From Escherichia coli (GTDB lineage: Bacteria; Pseudomonadota; Gammaproteobacteria; Enterobacterales; Enterobacteriaceae), in assembly GCF_003334315.1 (NCBI RefSeq), contig NZ_QOWR01000056.1: a stretch of 29,908 bases of DNA; one strand, 5' to 3'. Both the position numbers and the translations under genes were made by a program. Every line of letters starts with the position of its first letter. The first letter of the stretch is position 1. Positions 18,819 through 29,908 of this stretch are shown here, in pieces. The notes under the pieces were generated by a model. The model made no database searches and was not told the DNA's origin. It saw only the letters and a list, made by a program, of their open reading frames with translations.

Positions 18819-20879
18819 ATGAGCAAGGCAGGCAAAATAACCGCTGCGATTTCAGGGGCTTTCTTGTTGTTGATTGTCGTGGCGATCATTTTGATTGCAA
18901 CTTTTGACTGGAATCGACTCAAACCGACTATCAACCAGAAAGTCTCTGCGGAGTTGAATCGTCCGTTCGCTATCCGTGGCGATCTGGGCGTGGTGTGGGA
19001 GCGGCAAAAACAAGAAACTGGCTGGCGCAGCTGGGTGCCGTGGCCCCATGTACACGCGGAAGACATCATTCTTGGCAATCCACCGGATATTCCCGAAGTC
19101 ACGATGGTGCATTTGCCACGCGTAGAGGCAACGCTGGCCCCGCTGGCGCTGCTGACCAAAACGGTCTGGCTGCCGTGGATCAAGCTCGAAAAGCCCGACG
19201 CGCGCCTGATTCGCCTCTCTGAAAAGAACAATAACTGGACGTTTAATCTTGCCAACGATGATAACAAAGACGCGAATGCAAAGCCGTCGGCATGGTCGTT
19301 TCGGCTGGATAATATTCTTTTCGATCAAGGGCGGATCGCCATTGATGACAAAGTAAGCAAAGCGGATCTGGAGATTTTTGTTGATCCCTTAGGCAAGCCG
19401 CTGCCGTTCAGCGAAGTTACTGGATCGAAAGGTAAAGCGGATAAAGAAAAGGTGGGCGATTACGTTTTTGGCCTGAAGGCGCAGGGACGATATAACGGTG
19501 AACCGCTCACGGGTACGGGAAAAATAGGCGGTATGCTGGCGCTGCGTGGCGAAGGGACGCCGTTTCCGGTACAGGCTGATTTCCGCTCTGGTAACACCCG
19601 TGTTGCTTTTGATGGCGTCGTGAATGACCCAATGAAGATGGGCGGTGTCGATTTACGGCTTAAATTTTCTGGCGATTCACTGGGTGATCTCTATGAACTG
19701 ACGGGCGTTCTGCTGCCCGATACCCCGCCGTTTGAAACGGATGGTCGGCTGGTAGCGAAAATCGACACTGAAAAATCGTCGGTCTTTGATTATCGCGGTT
19801 TTAATGGGCGAATTGGTGATAGCGATATCCACGGTTCTCTGGTCTACACCACCGGAAAGCCACGACCAAAACTGGAAGGTGATGTCGAGTCGCGGCAATT
19901 GCGGCTGGCGGACCTGGGACCGTTGATTGGCGTTGATTCCGGGAAAGGGGCAGAAAAGTCGAAACGGTCTGAACAGAAGAAGGGCGAAAAAAGCGTTCAG
20001 CCTGCGGGCAAAGTGCTGCCTTATGACCGCTTCGAAACCGATAAATGGGACGTTATGGATGCCGATGTTCGCTTCAAAGGGCGGCGCATTGAGCATGGCA
20101 GTAGCCTGCCGATTAGCGATCTTTCTACTCATATCATCCTCAAAAATGCTGACCTGCGCCTGCAACCGCTGAAATTTGGCATGGCGGGCGGCAGCATTGC
20201 GGCGAATATTCATCTGGAAGGCGATAAAAAGCCGATGCAGGGGCGGGCAGATATTCAGGCTCGTCGACTGAAACTGAAAGAACTGATGCCCGATGTGGAA
20301 CTGATGCAGAAGACGCTGGGGGAAATGAACGGTGACGCGGAACTACGCGGTAGCGGTAACTCGGTGGCGGCACTTTTAGGCAACAGTAACGGCAACCTGA
20401 AACTGTTGATGAATGACGGGCTGGTGAGCCGCAACCTGATGGAGATTGTTGGGCTGAATGTCGGCAACTACATTGTCGGTGCGATATTTGGTGATGATGA
20501 GGTGCGGGTGAACTGCGCGGCGGCGAATCTGAATATTGCCAACGGCGTGGCGCGCCCGCAGATTTTTGCTTTCGATACTGAGAACGCGTTGATTAATGTT
20601 ACCGGCACGGCAAGTTTTGCTTCGGAACAGCTGGATTTGACTATTGATCCGGAGAGTAAAGGAATTCGGATTATCACACTGCGTTCGCCGCTGTATGTGC
20701 GGGGGACGTTTAAAAATCCGCAGGCTGGGGTGAAAGCCGGACCGCTGATTGCCCGTGGTGCTGTTGCTGCGGCACTGGCAACGCTGGTAACACCGGCGGC
20801 GGCGTTACTGGCACTGATCTCACCTTCCGAAGGGGAGGCTAATCAGTGTCGGACGATTTTGTCGCAGATGAAGAAGTGA
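18819..20879 (+). CDS. yhjG: AsmA-family inner-membrane-anchored protein YhjG (about 686 aa)
   Basis: ORF 18804..20879; ATG at 18819 (MSKAGKITAAISGAFLLLIVVAIILIATFDWNRLKP) matches the remembered K-12 start; an in-frame ATG 5 codons upstream (18804) has a better Shine-Dalgarno, so the start is uncertain. Confidence 0.8.
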   Translation: MSKAGKITAAISGAFLLLIVVAIILIATFDWNRLKPTINQKVSAELNRPFAIRGDLGVVWERQKQETGWRSWVPWPHVHAEDIILGNPPDIPEVTMVHLPRVEATLAPLALLTKTVWLPWIKLEKPDARLIRLSEKNNNWTFNLANDDNKDANAKPSAWSFRLDNILFDQGRIAIDDKVSKADLEIFVDPLGKPLPFSEVTGSKGKADKEKVGDYVFGLKAQGRYNGEPLTGTGKIGGMLALRGEGTPFPVQADFRSGNTRVAFDGVVNDPMKMGGVDLRLKFSGDSLGDLYELTGVLLPDTPPFETDGRLVAKIDTEKSSVFDYRGFNGRIGDSDIHGSLVYTTGKPRPKLEGDVESRQLRLADLGPLIGVDSGKGAEKSKRSEQKKGEKSVQPAGKVLPYDRFETDKWDVMDADVRFKGRRIEHGSSLPISDLSTHIILKNADLRLQPLKFGMAGGSIAANIHLEGDKKPMQGRADIQARRLKLKELMPDVELMQKTLGEMNGDAELRGSGNSVAALLGNSNGNLKLLMNDGLVSRNLMEIVGLNVGNYIVGAIFGDDEVRVNCAAANLNIANGVARPQIFAFDTENALINVTGTASFASEQLDLTIDPESKGIRIITLRSPLYVRGTFKNPQAGVKAGPLIARGAVAAALATLVTPAAALLALISPSEGEANQCRTILSQMKK

Positions 20880-20882
20880 TGA

Positions 20883-20911
20883 TAATTGCCGGATGTCTGA
20901 CATCCGGCAAT
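20883..20911. terminator. Perfect 14-bp-arm palindrome immediately after the yhjG stop; candidate terminator or REP-derived hairpin
   Basis: aattgccggatgtc-t-gacatccggcaatt; no clear U-tract. Confidence 0.4.
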
Positions 20912-20950
20912 TAAACAGATTTAGATTGTTGGCAAAGTGTGCTTTGTTCA

Positions 20951-21047
20951 TGCCGGATGCGGCGTGAACGCCTTATCCGGCCTACAAATCCTTGCGAATT
21001 CAATATATTGTATGGAAATTCAGGCCTGATAAGCGTAGCGCATCAGG
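20951..21047. repeat. REP (repetitive extragenic palindromic) pair forming a BIME-like element between convergent yhjG and yhjE
   Basis: gccggatgcggcgtgaacgccttatccggcctac at 20951..20984 and inverted REP-like aggcctgataagcgtagcgcatcaggc at 21021..21047. Confidence 0.6.
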
Positions 21048-21060
21048 CTTTTCACTCTTA

Positions 21061-22383
21061 TTACAACGACTGATGTCGCGTCTCATGGGTCAGCAGCAGG
21101 GCGATTAACGTCAAGCCAGCCATCGCCGCCAGATATAACCCCACCGCACCTAGCCCGTAGTTAGTCTGCAACCAGGCTGCGATATATGGCGCAACGGAAG
21201 CCCCGAGAATCGACGCTACGTTGTAAGAGAACGATGCTCCGGTGTAACGCACTTCTGTTGGAAACAGCTCTGGTAACAGCGCACCCATTGGCCCGAAGGT
21301 CAGACCCATCAGACTTAACCCCAGCAGCAGGAAGGCAAAAACCAGAATCGGGTTGCCAGAACCGAGCAGTGGGTTAAAGGCGAACAGCGCGAACAGGATG
21401 ATCAGCGTGGTGATGATTACCATGCTTTTACGGCGACCAAAGGCATCAGCCAGTAATCCAGCGACTGGCACCATCACGCCAAAACCAATAACTGCCATCA
21501 TCAACATCCACAACACTTCGTTACGCGGCAGGCCAAGCCCAACTGGCGCGGCGGCGGTACTAAAGGTCATAGAGTAGACCGTCATGATGTAAAACAGCGT
21601 ATAGGTTGCCAGCATAATGAACGTACCCAGTACGGTTACGCGAACATGTTTGGTCAGCAGCGTACCCAGCGGGATCTTCACCTGTTTTTTCGCTTTAGCG
21701 ACTTTCTCAAACACCGGCGACTCATGCAGCGACACGCGAACATACAGGCCGATAATGACCAGCACCGCCGAGAAGATAAATGGCACACGCCAGCCCCAGC
21801 TCATAAACTGCTCGTCGGTCAGTAGCCAGGAAAGCAGCAAGAAAGTGCCATTGGCAAAGAAGAAGCCAATCGGTGCGCCCAGCTGCGGAAAGGAGCCATA
21901 CAGTGCACGTTTGCGCGGTGGGGCGTTTTCAGTCGCCAGCAGCGCCGCGCCGCCCCATTCACCGCCTAAGCCCAGACCCTGACCAAATCGAGCCAGCGCC
22001 AGCAGCAGCGGGGCGAAAATACCAATCGTGGCATAGCCCGGCAGCAGACCAATCACCACGGTCGAAATCCCCATCGTTAGCAACGAGGCGACCAGCGTCG
22101 CTTTACGCCCAACGCGATCGCCAAAATGACCAAAAACGGCAGAGCCAATGGGGCGCGCGACGAAGGCGATGGCGAAGGTGGCGAGCGACTGTAGCGTTGC
22201 TGCCGTAGGATCGCCCTGCGGGAAGAAGATATGCGGAAACACAATAACGGCCGCAGTGGCGTAAATGTAAAAGTCGAAGAACTCAATGGCTGTGCCAATG
22301 AGAGAGGCGACAAGGACTTTATTACGCGAGTTGATCGGCGTGTATTCTTGCTCGTGGTCGAGTGTTGTGGCTGTTGCTTGCAT
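21061..22383 (-). CDS. yhjE: MFS-family transporter YhjE, 440 aa
   Basis: ORF 21061..22383 on the minus strand; multi-pass hydrophobic protein with MFS-type GxxxDRxGRR-like motif (GHFGDRVGRK). Confidence 0.9.
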   Translation of the reverse strand: MQATATTLDHEQEYTPINSRNKVLVASLIGTAIEFFDFYIYATAAVIVFPHIFFPQGDPTAATLQSLATFAIAFVARPIGSAVFGHFGDRVGRKATLVASLLTMGISTVVIGLLPGYATIGIFAPLLLALARFGQGLGLGGEWGGAALLATENAPPRKRALYGSFPQLGAPIGFFFANGTFLLLSWLLTDEQFMSWGWRVPFIFSAVLVIIGLYVRVSLHESPVFEKVAKAKKQVKIPLGTLLTKHVRVTVLGTFIMLATYTLFYIMTVYSMTFSTAAAPVGLGLPRNEVLWMLMMAVIGFGVMVPVAGLLADAFGRRKSMVIITTLIILFALFAFNPLLGSGNPILVFAFLLLGLSLMGLTFGPMGALLPELFPTEVRYTGASFSYNVASILGASVAPYIAAWLQTNYGLGAVGLYLAAMAGLTLIALLLTHETRHQSL

Positions 22384-22695
22384 AATCTTTTCTTATTTTT
22401 TGGCTAACGAATAGCCATATTACGCACAGCAAAAGTGATATTTCAATGTGTAACAAATCGCGGAAATGGTCAAAAATCAGGCAAAAAGGGGATAATGTTT
22501 AGGCCAGTGATTTTTCTTCTATGAAATGCTTCACATAATTTTATAAATAGTGGATAAAACTGGTTTCAGGTTAAATAAAAGTTACCAACTGGATTTATAT
22601 GCTGGGGTTATGAGTTGGAATGAAATTGTTTGCTCCCAAATAGATGGCTGAAGAGGCTCTGGGGACGAGTTTCAAGAGGTTATGTGCGCATTATA

Positions 22696-22792
22696 GCCGG
22701 ATGCGATGCTGGCGCATCTTATCCGGCCTACGGGGAGCCAGGCCGAATAAAATCGTATGCCGGATAAGGCGTTTACGCCGCATCCGGCCTAT
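22696..22792. repeat. REP pair (BIME-like) between yhjD and yhjE
   Basis: gccggatgcgatgctggcgcatcttatccggcctac at 22696..22731 and inverted atgccggataaggcgtttacgccgcatccggcctat at 22757..22792. Confidence 0.6.
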
Positions 22793-22793
22793 T

Positions 22794-23807
22794 TTAAGGC
22801 TGCGTTTTCCCCGGCATTCGCGGGTCGTCTTTATATTCGGCGGTGGCAATCCACGCCGCGCAAAACAGCGTCAAACGGGCGAAGAAGTAGAAAAATGCCA
22901 TCAGCCCCAGCACGGAACCAAATGCTGCGCCAGAGGGGGATTTCATCAACGATGGCAGGGTGTAGGTCATCACGATTTTAATCACTTCAAAACCAATAGC
23001 AGCCAGAAATGTTCCGCGAATCAGGGCTTTTTTGCGCGGACGGTGGCGCGGCAACCGCCAGAAGATCCAGAAGAAAAGCAGATAGTTGGCGAAGATGGAA
23101 ATCGCCAGGCCAATCAATCGCCACGTCGGTTTCAGCCACTCAATGCTGTTCAGGTGCAGGGCGCTAATAATCATTTGCTGCGCCGAACCGGCAACCGAGG
23201 TGATCGAAAGCGTCACAATCAGCGCAATCAACAAACCAATCAGCGAAATAAAATCTCGCAGATATTTTACCCAGAACTTCTCCTGATCTTGCGGCGAGCG
23301 TTCCCAGACATCGCGCGACTGGGCACGAATCGCTTCACGCAGGTTACCCATCCAGTTGATGCCGGAATAAAGTGCCACCGCCAGGCCGACAAGCCCTACA
23401 GTCGTACGCTGCTGAACGGCGGTGTTGATGGTGTTTTTCAACGTGGCGGCTAGCGTCGGATCGCTGATGTTTTGCAGAATTTTGTCGAAGATATCCTGTA
23501 GCAACATCGGATGGGAGGCCAGCACAAAGCCCCCTGCGGCAAACGACACCATCAAAATTGGTATCATCGACAAAAATGAGAAATAGGTGATAGCCGCACC
23601 AAACTGGTTACCCAGCCGATCGTTAAAGCGTTCTGTCGCGCGAATCAGGTGCGCAATAACCGGTTGGCGTTGGACTTTTTCGGCAGTGGTGGTGACGGTT
23701 TCCAGCGCCTGGCTAACTTTGCTGCCTTTCTCGCTATTATCCAACGGCTTAATCGGCTCGTGCTCCAGATCCTGGATGGGACGTTTGATCTCGTTTTCCT
23801 GCGTCAT
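22794..23807 (-). CDS. yhjD: Inner membrane protein YhjD (YihY/BrkB family), 337 aa
   Basis: ORF 22794..23807 on the minus strand, translation MTQENEIKRPIQDLEHEPIKPLDNSEKGSK... followed by multiple hydrophobic segments. Confidence 0.9.
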   Translation of the reverse strand: MTQENEIKRPIQDLEHEPIKPLDNSEKGSKVSQALETVTTTAEKVQRQPVIAHLIRATERFNDRLGNQFGAAITYFSFLSMIPILMVSFAAGGFVLASHPMLLQDIFDKILQNISDPTLAATLKNTINTAVQQRTTVGLVGLAVALYSGINWMGNLREAIRAQSRDVWERSPQDQEKFWVKYLRDFISLIGLLIALIVTLSITSVAGSAQQMIISALHLNSIEWLKPTWRLIGLAISIFANYLLFFWIFWRLPRHRPRKKALIRGTFLAAIGFEVIKIVMTYTLPSLMKSPSGAAFGSVLGLMAFFYFFARLTLFCAAWIATAEYKDDPRMPGKTQP

Positions 23808-23855
23808 CCGCTCTTTTGTCCTTCTGTCGTGGTCATTCTTAAAAAGTATAGTCGG

Positions 23856-24755
23856 TCAGTCCAGGTACTCTTTCATTACGCCAGCCAGCCACTGCATAAA
23901 CAGGTTTACACGCCGGGAAAGCTCCCGACGCTGCGGATAAACCAGCGAAAGGGAGAGCGGCTCGGCACGGTAGCCAGGTAATACTTCAATAAGCCGCCCG
24001 GCACGCAGGGCTTCGCGCACGGCAATGCGCGGGATCTGAATAATCCCCAGACCGGCAAGACCGGCGGTGAGATAGTTTTCGCTACTGTTTACCGTCAACA
24101 TGCCGCCAGACTTAAACCACTGGACGCCATTAACGCTGGCAACCTCAAAACCTAACGGATGTACACCCAGGTGCGGTGTATAACGCACTATTGCGTGTGA
24201 AGTCAGATCATCGGGGCTTTGCGGATAACCAAAGCGCGTCAGATAGTGCGGACTGGCACAGTTGACCATGGTCAGTTTGCCGAGGGGACGGGCGATAACG
24301 CCATCTTCCGGTAACGCGCCAGTGCGTATCACGCAATCAAAACCATCATGAAGAATATCTACCGGACGGTCATGGCTACTCAGTTCCAGCTCAATTCCCG
24401 GATGCAGATAGAGAAATTCCGACAGGCGCGGCAGTAACAGGCTTTTCGCGATTCCTGGCGGGATGTCGATGCGTAATTTACCGCTGATACTGGTGGCATC
24501 CTGTTGAAACAGACCGTCCAGTTCGCTGAGATTACTCAACACATCTTTTGCTCGTTGATAATAGGTCATGCCTTCTGGCGTGAGTTTGACCCGTCGCGTG
24601 GTGCGCTGGAGAAGCTGGGTGCCAAGTTGATGTTCCAGTGCCTGTATCTGGCGCGAAACACTTCCCTTTGGCAAAGCAAAGAAATCCGCTGCGCGGGAAA
24701 AACTTTCCAGCTCCGCGACTTTGATGAACAACTGCATTGCGTGAATTTTATCCAT
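23856..24755 (-). CDS. yhjC: LysR-type transcriptional regulator YhjC (about 299 aa)
   Basis: ATG at 24753..24755 (MDKIHAMQLFIKVAELESFSRAADFFALPKGSVSRQIQALE..., N-terminal HTH); the track ORF extends 24 codons further upstream to 24827 and neither start has a clear Shine-Dalgarno. Confidence 0.8.
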   Translation of the reverse strand: MDKIHAMQLFIKVAELESFSRAADFFALPKGSVSRQIQALEHQLGTQLLQRTTRRVKLTPEGMTYYQRAKDVLSNLSELDGLFQQDATSISGKLRIDIPPGIAKSLLLPRLSEFLYLHPGIELELSSHDRPVDILHDGFDCVIRTGALPEDGVIARPLGKLTMVNCASPHYLTRFGYPQSPDDLTSHAIVRYTPHLGVHPLGFEVASVNGVQWFKSGGMLTVNSSENYLTAGLAGLGIIQIPRIAVREALRAGRLIEVLPGYRAEPLSLSLVYPQRRELSRRVNLFMQWLAGVMKEYLD

Positions 24756-25274
24756 TTCTTTGACCGATTGTTGTTCACAGCGAAACAGTAACGCGCATAT
24801 CGCATTGTTTATTGTTTTTTCTAACATCTAATGCCGGGTTTCACAATGTTGTCATGCCGAATGTGGCGATTTCTCAGCAGGAAAAGGGCGGAATAGCTTT
24901 CTGAGAAAGGTGAATCCCCTTAAACAGAGCGTATTTTTCAGCGATTCCCTTTAAAGTGAACAGAGGACGTGTTGGCTATTTGTGCTTATTTTTGTCTCCT
25001 TGCCGTTTGTTATTTTGGCTTGTGGTCGCGGAATTTCATTTTTAATTGCATGCGTACTAACCAACAATATAAGGAAATCCTCAAAATTGTTTTAAATAGT
25101 GCCCTCGACATGTAATTTCAGGCGTTTAGCTGTAACTATTTATATCGGTAACTATTTTCTACACGTCATCTCTGTAGAATGGCCACCGCCAAATGGCGAA
25201 TTCTTATTTTTTCTCGCGGGTAATACCCTTCCACTACTTAAGTCTTTTTAACGTATTCAGGTGGAGATTCAGTT

Positions 25275-25877
25275 ATGCAAATAGTCATGTTTGACAGGCA
25301 GTCAATATTTATTCATGGAATGAAAATCAGTTTACAGCAGCGTATTCCAGGAGTGAGTATTCAGGGGGCCAGTCAGGCAGACGAGTTATGGCAAAAGCTG
25401 GAAAGTTACCCTGAAGCCTTAGTTATGCTCGATGGCGATCAGGATGGTGAGTTTTGCTACTGGTTGCTGCAAAAAACCGTGGTGCAATTTCCTGAGGTTA
25501 AGGTGTTAATTACGGCGACGGATTGCAATAAACGGTGGTTACAGGAAGTTATCCATTTTAATGTGCTGGCCATTGTGCCTCGTGATTCAACCGTCGAGAC
25601 ATTTGCGTTGGCGGTAAATAGTGCGGCGATGGGGATGATGTTTCTGCCTGGAGACTGGCGGACGACGCCGGAAAAGGACATTAAAGATCTCAAATCGTTA
25701 AGCGCCCGCCAGCGGGAGATTTTAACCATGTTAGCGGCGGGCGAATCAAATAAGGAGATCGGCAGAGCGCTGAATATCAGTACCGGAACGGTAAAAGCGC
25801 ATCTGGAATCCCTGTATCGCCGTCTGGAAGTGAAAAATCGCACCCAGGCGGCAATGATGTTAAATATCTCCTCCTGA
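25275..25877 (+). CDS. yhjB: LuxR/FixJ-family response-regulator-like transcription factor YhjB, 200 aa
   Basis: ORF 25275..25877; C-terminal LuxR-type HTH (LSARQREILTMLAAGESNKEIGRALNISTGTVKAHLESLYRRLEV). Confidence 0.9.
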   Translation: MQIVMFDRQSIFIHGMKISLQQRIPGVSIQGASQADELWQKLESYPEALVMLDGDQDGEFCYWLLQKTVVQFPEVKVLITATDCNKRWLQEVIHFNVLAIVPRDSTVETFALAVNSAAMGMMFLPGDWRTTPEKDIKDLKSLSARQREILTMLAAGESNKEIGRALNISTGTVKAHLESLYRRLEVKNRTQAAMMLNISS

Positions 25878-25886
25878 AGAGGATAA

Positions 25887-25924
25887 TTTTACAGCCAGCA
25901 GGAAGTTAGCGGCTGGCTGTAAAA
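25887..25924. terminator. 13-bp perfect inverted repeat between convergent yhjB and treF; possible bidirectional terminator
   Basis: ttttacagccagc - 12 nt - gctggctgtaaaa; the U/A tracts form the stem base rather than a trailing U-tract, so function is uncertain. Confidence 0.35.
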
Positions 25925-25927
25925 ATA

Positions 25928-27607
<1,680 letters not shown>

Positions 27608-27859
27608 TTATCGGCTTTTCTTTAAGGGTAGTCATTCGCTCCGCCTGGTGGGCGACAAAGCGTGCGGTGGATCACGTTTATTAACCTGTCAAAAAATATA
27701 ACGCACTAATATCAATGGAATTTATAAAAATACCGATTTGGTGTTGTTTTTCATTTTCAGAACATTCAATCCTGCTCTCGCCGCAATCATGATATGCCAT
27801 TCCTGATCTGGGTAATAGGCACAGGCTATCTTATTGATAGTTTATATTCATGTAATTGA

Positions 27860-27873
27860 TTGATTCCTATCAA
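27860..27873 (+). promoter_or_regulatory. FNR-type binding site upstream of yhjA
   Basis: ttgat-tcct-atcaa is a perfect match to the FNR consensus TTGAT-N4-ATCAA, about 107 bp upstream of the yhjA ATG. Confidence 0.6.
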
Positions 27874-27980
27874 AAAGCGTATCTCCCTGTTTTTTATGAT
27901 GGCTTTGTCTCGCAGAGACGTTTGCAGCATTCTGGAAAATTTTCTGGGTCACAATAACTCACCACCGTGAGGGAAGAATA

Positions 27981-29378
27981 ATGAAAATGGTCTCACGTAT
28001 TACCGCGATCGGCCTGGCTGGCGTCGCGATTTGCTATTTAGGGTTATCTGGTTATGTGTGGTACCACGATAATAAACGCAGTAAACAGGCCGATGTTCAG
28101 GCATCTGCTGTCAGTGAAAATAATAAGGTTTTAGGCTTTCTCCGCGAAAAAGGATGCGACTATTGCCACACGCCTTCGGCAGAATTACCCGCCTATTATT
28201 ATATTCCTGGCGCGAAACAGTTGATGGATTACGACATTAAGCTTGGATATAAATCTTTTAACCTTGAGGCCGTGCGTGCGGCACTGCTGGCTGATAAACC
28301 CGTTTCGCAAAGCGATTTGAATAAGATTGAATGGGTGATGCAGTATGAAACTATGCCACCAACGCGTTATACCGCGCTACACTGGGCGGGTAAGGTGAGT
28401 GATGAAGAGCGGGCGGAAATACTGGCCTGGATTGCAAAACAGCGCGCGGAATATTACGCCAGCAATGATACTGCTCCGGAACATCGCAATGAACCGGTGC
28501 AGCCCATCCCGCAAAAACTGCCTACCGATGCGCAAAAAGTGGCGTTGGGTTTTGCGCTGTATCACGATCCCCGTTTATCGGCTGATAGCACCATTTCATG
28601 CGCTCATTGCCATGCGTTGAATGCGGGGGGCGTCGATGGCAGAAAAACATCGATTGGTGTTGGTGGCGCAGTTGGGCCGATTAACGCGCCGACGGTATTT
28701 AACTCAGTATTTAACGTTGAGCAGTTCTGGGATGGTCGTGCGGCAACATTGCAGGATCAGGCTGGTGGACCGCCGTTGAACCCGATTGAAATGGCGTCGA
28801 AATCCTGGGACGAAATTATTGCTAAGCTGGAAAAAGATCCGCAGCTTAAAACGCAGTTCCTCGAAGTCTATCCGCAAGGTTTCAGTGGCGAAAATATTAC
28901 TGATGCCATTGCTGAATTTGAGAAAACATTAATTACGCCGGATTCCCCATTTGATAAATGGTTGCGCGGAGATGAAAATGCGCTGACGGCGCAACAGAAA
29001 AAAGGCTATCAATTATTTAAAGATAATAAATGTGCAACTTGTCATGGTGGTATTATTCTCGGCGGACGTTCCTTTGAACCGTTGGGGCTGAAAAAAGACT
29101 TTAACTTTGGGGAAATTACGGCGGCGGATATTGGTCGTATGAATGTGACTAAAGAAGAGCGTGATAAATTGCGTCAGAAAGTACCCGGTTTACGTAACGT
29201 TGCTTTAACGGCACCGTACTTCCATCGCGGTGACGTGCCGACGCTGGACGGGGCGGTGAAACTGATGCTGCGCTATCAGGTAGGCAAAGAGCTGCCGCAG
29301 GAGGATGTGGATGATATCGTAGCTTTCCTGCACAGTCTGAACGGGGTGTACACGCCGTATATGCAGGATAAACAATAA
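27981..29378 (+). CDS. yhjA: Tri-haem cytochrome c peroxidase YhjA (Ccp), 465 aa
   Basis: ORF 27981..29378 with GAGGGAAG Shine-Dalgarno; N-terminal membrane anchor; three CxxCH haem motifs (CDYCH, CAHCH, CATCH). Confidence 0.9.
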   Translation: MKMVSRITAIGLAGVAICYLGLSGYVWYHDNKRSKQADVQASAVSENNKVLGFLREKGCDYCHTPSAELPAYYYIPGAKQLMDYDIKLGYKSFNLEAVRAALLADKPVSQSDLNKIEWVMQYETMPPTRYTALHWAGKVSDEERAEILAWIAKQRAEYYASNDTAPEHRNEPVQPIPQKLPTDAQKVALGFALYHDPRLSADSTISCAHCHALNAGGVDGRKTSIGVGGAVGPINAPTVFNSVFNVEQFWDGRAATLQDQAGGPPLNPIEMASKSWDEIIAKLEKDPQLKTQFLEVYPQGFSGENITDAIAEFEKTLITPDSPFDKWLRGDENALTAQQKKGYQLFKDNKCATCHGGIILGGRSFEPLGLKKDFNFGEITAADIGRMNVTKEERDKLRQKVPGLRNVALTAPYFHRGDVPTLDGAVKLMLRYQVGKELPQEDVDDIVAFLHSLNGVYTPYMQDKQ

Positions 29379-29387
29379 TTAATTTGA

Positions 29388-29421
29388 TCGCCCGAACAGC
29401 AATGTTTGGGCGATTTTTATT
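29388..29421 (+). terminator. Rho-independent terminator of yhjA
   Basis: tcgcccgaaca-gcaa-tgtttgggcga (11-bp stem with one G-U pair, GCAA loop) followed by tttttatt. Confidence 0.65.
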
Positions 29422-29489
29422 ACGATAATAAAGTCTGTTTTTAATATTATCATGTTAAATGTTTATATTATAAAAAGTCGTTTTTCTGC

Positions 29490-29509
29490 TTAGGATTTTG
29501 TTATTTAAA
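29490..29509 (+). promoter_or_regulatory. GAD box (GadE binding site) of the gadA promoter
   Basis: Exact 20-mer TTAGGATTTTGTTATTTAAA, about 80-100 bp upstream of the gadA ATG. Confidence 0.8.
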
Positions 29510-29588
29510 TTAAGCCTGTAATGCCTTGCTTCCATTGCGGATAAATCCTACTTTTTTATTGCCTTCAAATAAATTTAAGGAGTTCGAA

Positions 29589-29908
29589 ATGGACCAGAAG
29601 CTGTTAACGGATTTCCGCTCAGAACTACTCGATTCACGTTTTGGCGCAAAGGCCATTTCTACTATCGCGGAGTCAAAACGATTTCCGCTGCACGAAATGC
29701 GCGATGATGTCGCATTTCAGATTATCAATGATGAATTATATCTTGATGGCAACGCTCGTCAGAACCTGGCCACTTTCTGCCAGACCTGGGACGACGAAAA
29801 CGTCCATAAATTGATGGATTTGTCGATCAATAAAAACTGGATCGACAAAGAAGAATATCCGCAATCCGCAGCCATCGACCTGCGTTGCGTAAATATGGTT
29901 GCCGATCT
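29589..29908 (+). CDS. gadA: Glutamate decarboxylase GadA, N-terminal part (runs off the window end)
   Basis: ATG at 29589 after TAAGGAG; translation [78 protein letters not shown]...; called gadA rather than gadB because it sits next to yhjA. Confidence 0.9.

Noticed and set aside
22644-23453. 269-aa plus-strand ORF spanning the REP elements and the antisense of yhjD
   Set aside because: Reads through REP repeats and the opposite strand of a well-supported membrane-protein gene; Arg-rich composition; likely spurious.
27896-27970. 24-codon upstream ORF (MMALSRRDVCSILENFLGHNNSPP) in the yhjA leader
   Set aside because: No Shine-Dalgarno sequence upstream, no conservation evidence available, and it ends inside the yhjA ribosome-binding site; could be tested by ribosome profiling but not supportable from sequence alone.

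Overview
This window reads as the well-characterised Escherichia coli/Shigella-type cellulose (bcs) locus and its yhj neighbourhood, not as an undescribed system. Gene order, left to right: a partial IS1 element (1..204) inserted into and truncating bcsE; then bcsR-bcsQ-bcsA-bcsB-bcsZ-bcsC (+), pdeK/yhjK (+), dctA (+), yhjJ (+), kdgK (-), pdeH/yhjH (+), yhjG (+), yhjE (-), yhjD (-), yhjC (-), yhjB (+), treF (-), yhjA/ccp (+) and the 5' end of gadA (+). Protein identities and reference lengths come from recall of E. coli K-12 proteins and from motifs visible in the translations; no database search was possible. The most notable points are strain-level: the IS1 disruption of bcsE, and a sense codon (TTG) at bcsQ codon 6 where K-12 carries an amber stop, so the source is not K-12. 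Several regulatory sites can be read directly: a consensus sigma28 promoter before pdeH, a perfect FNR half-site pair before yhjA, the 20-bp GAD box before gadA, a KdgR-like operator before kdgK, REP/BIME repeats and several terminator-like hairpins. No CRISPR array, tRNA or rRNA was seen.
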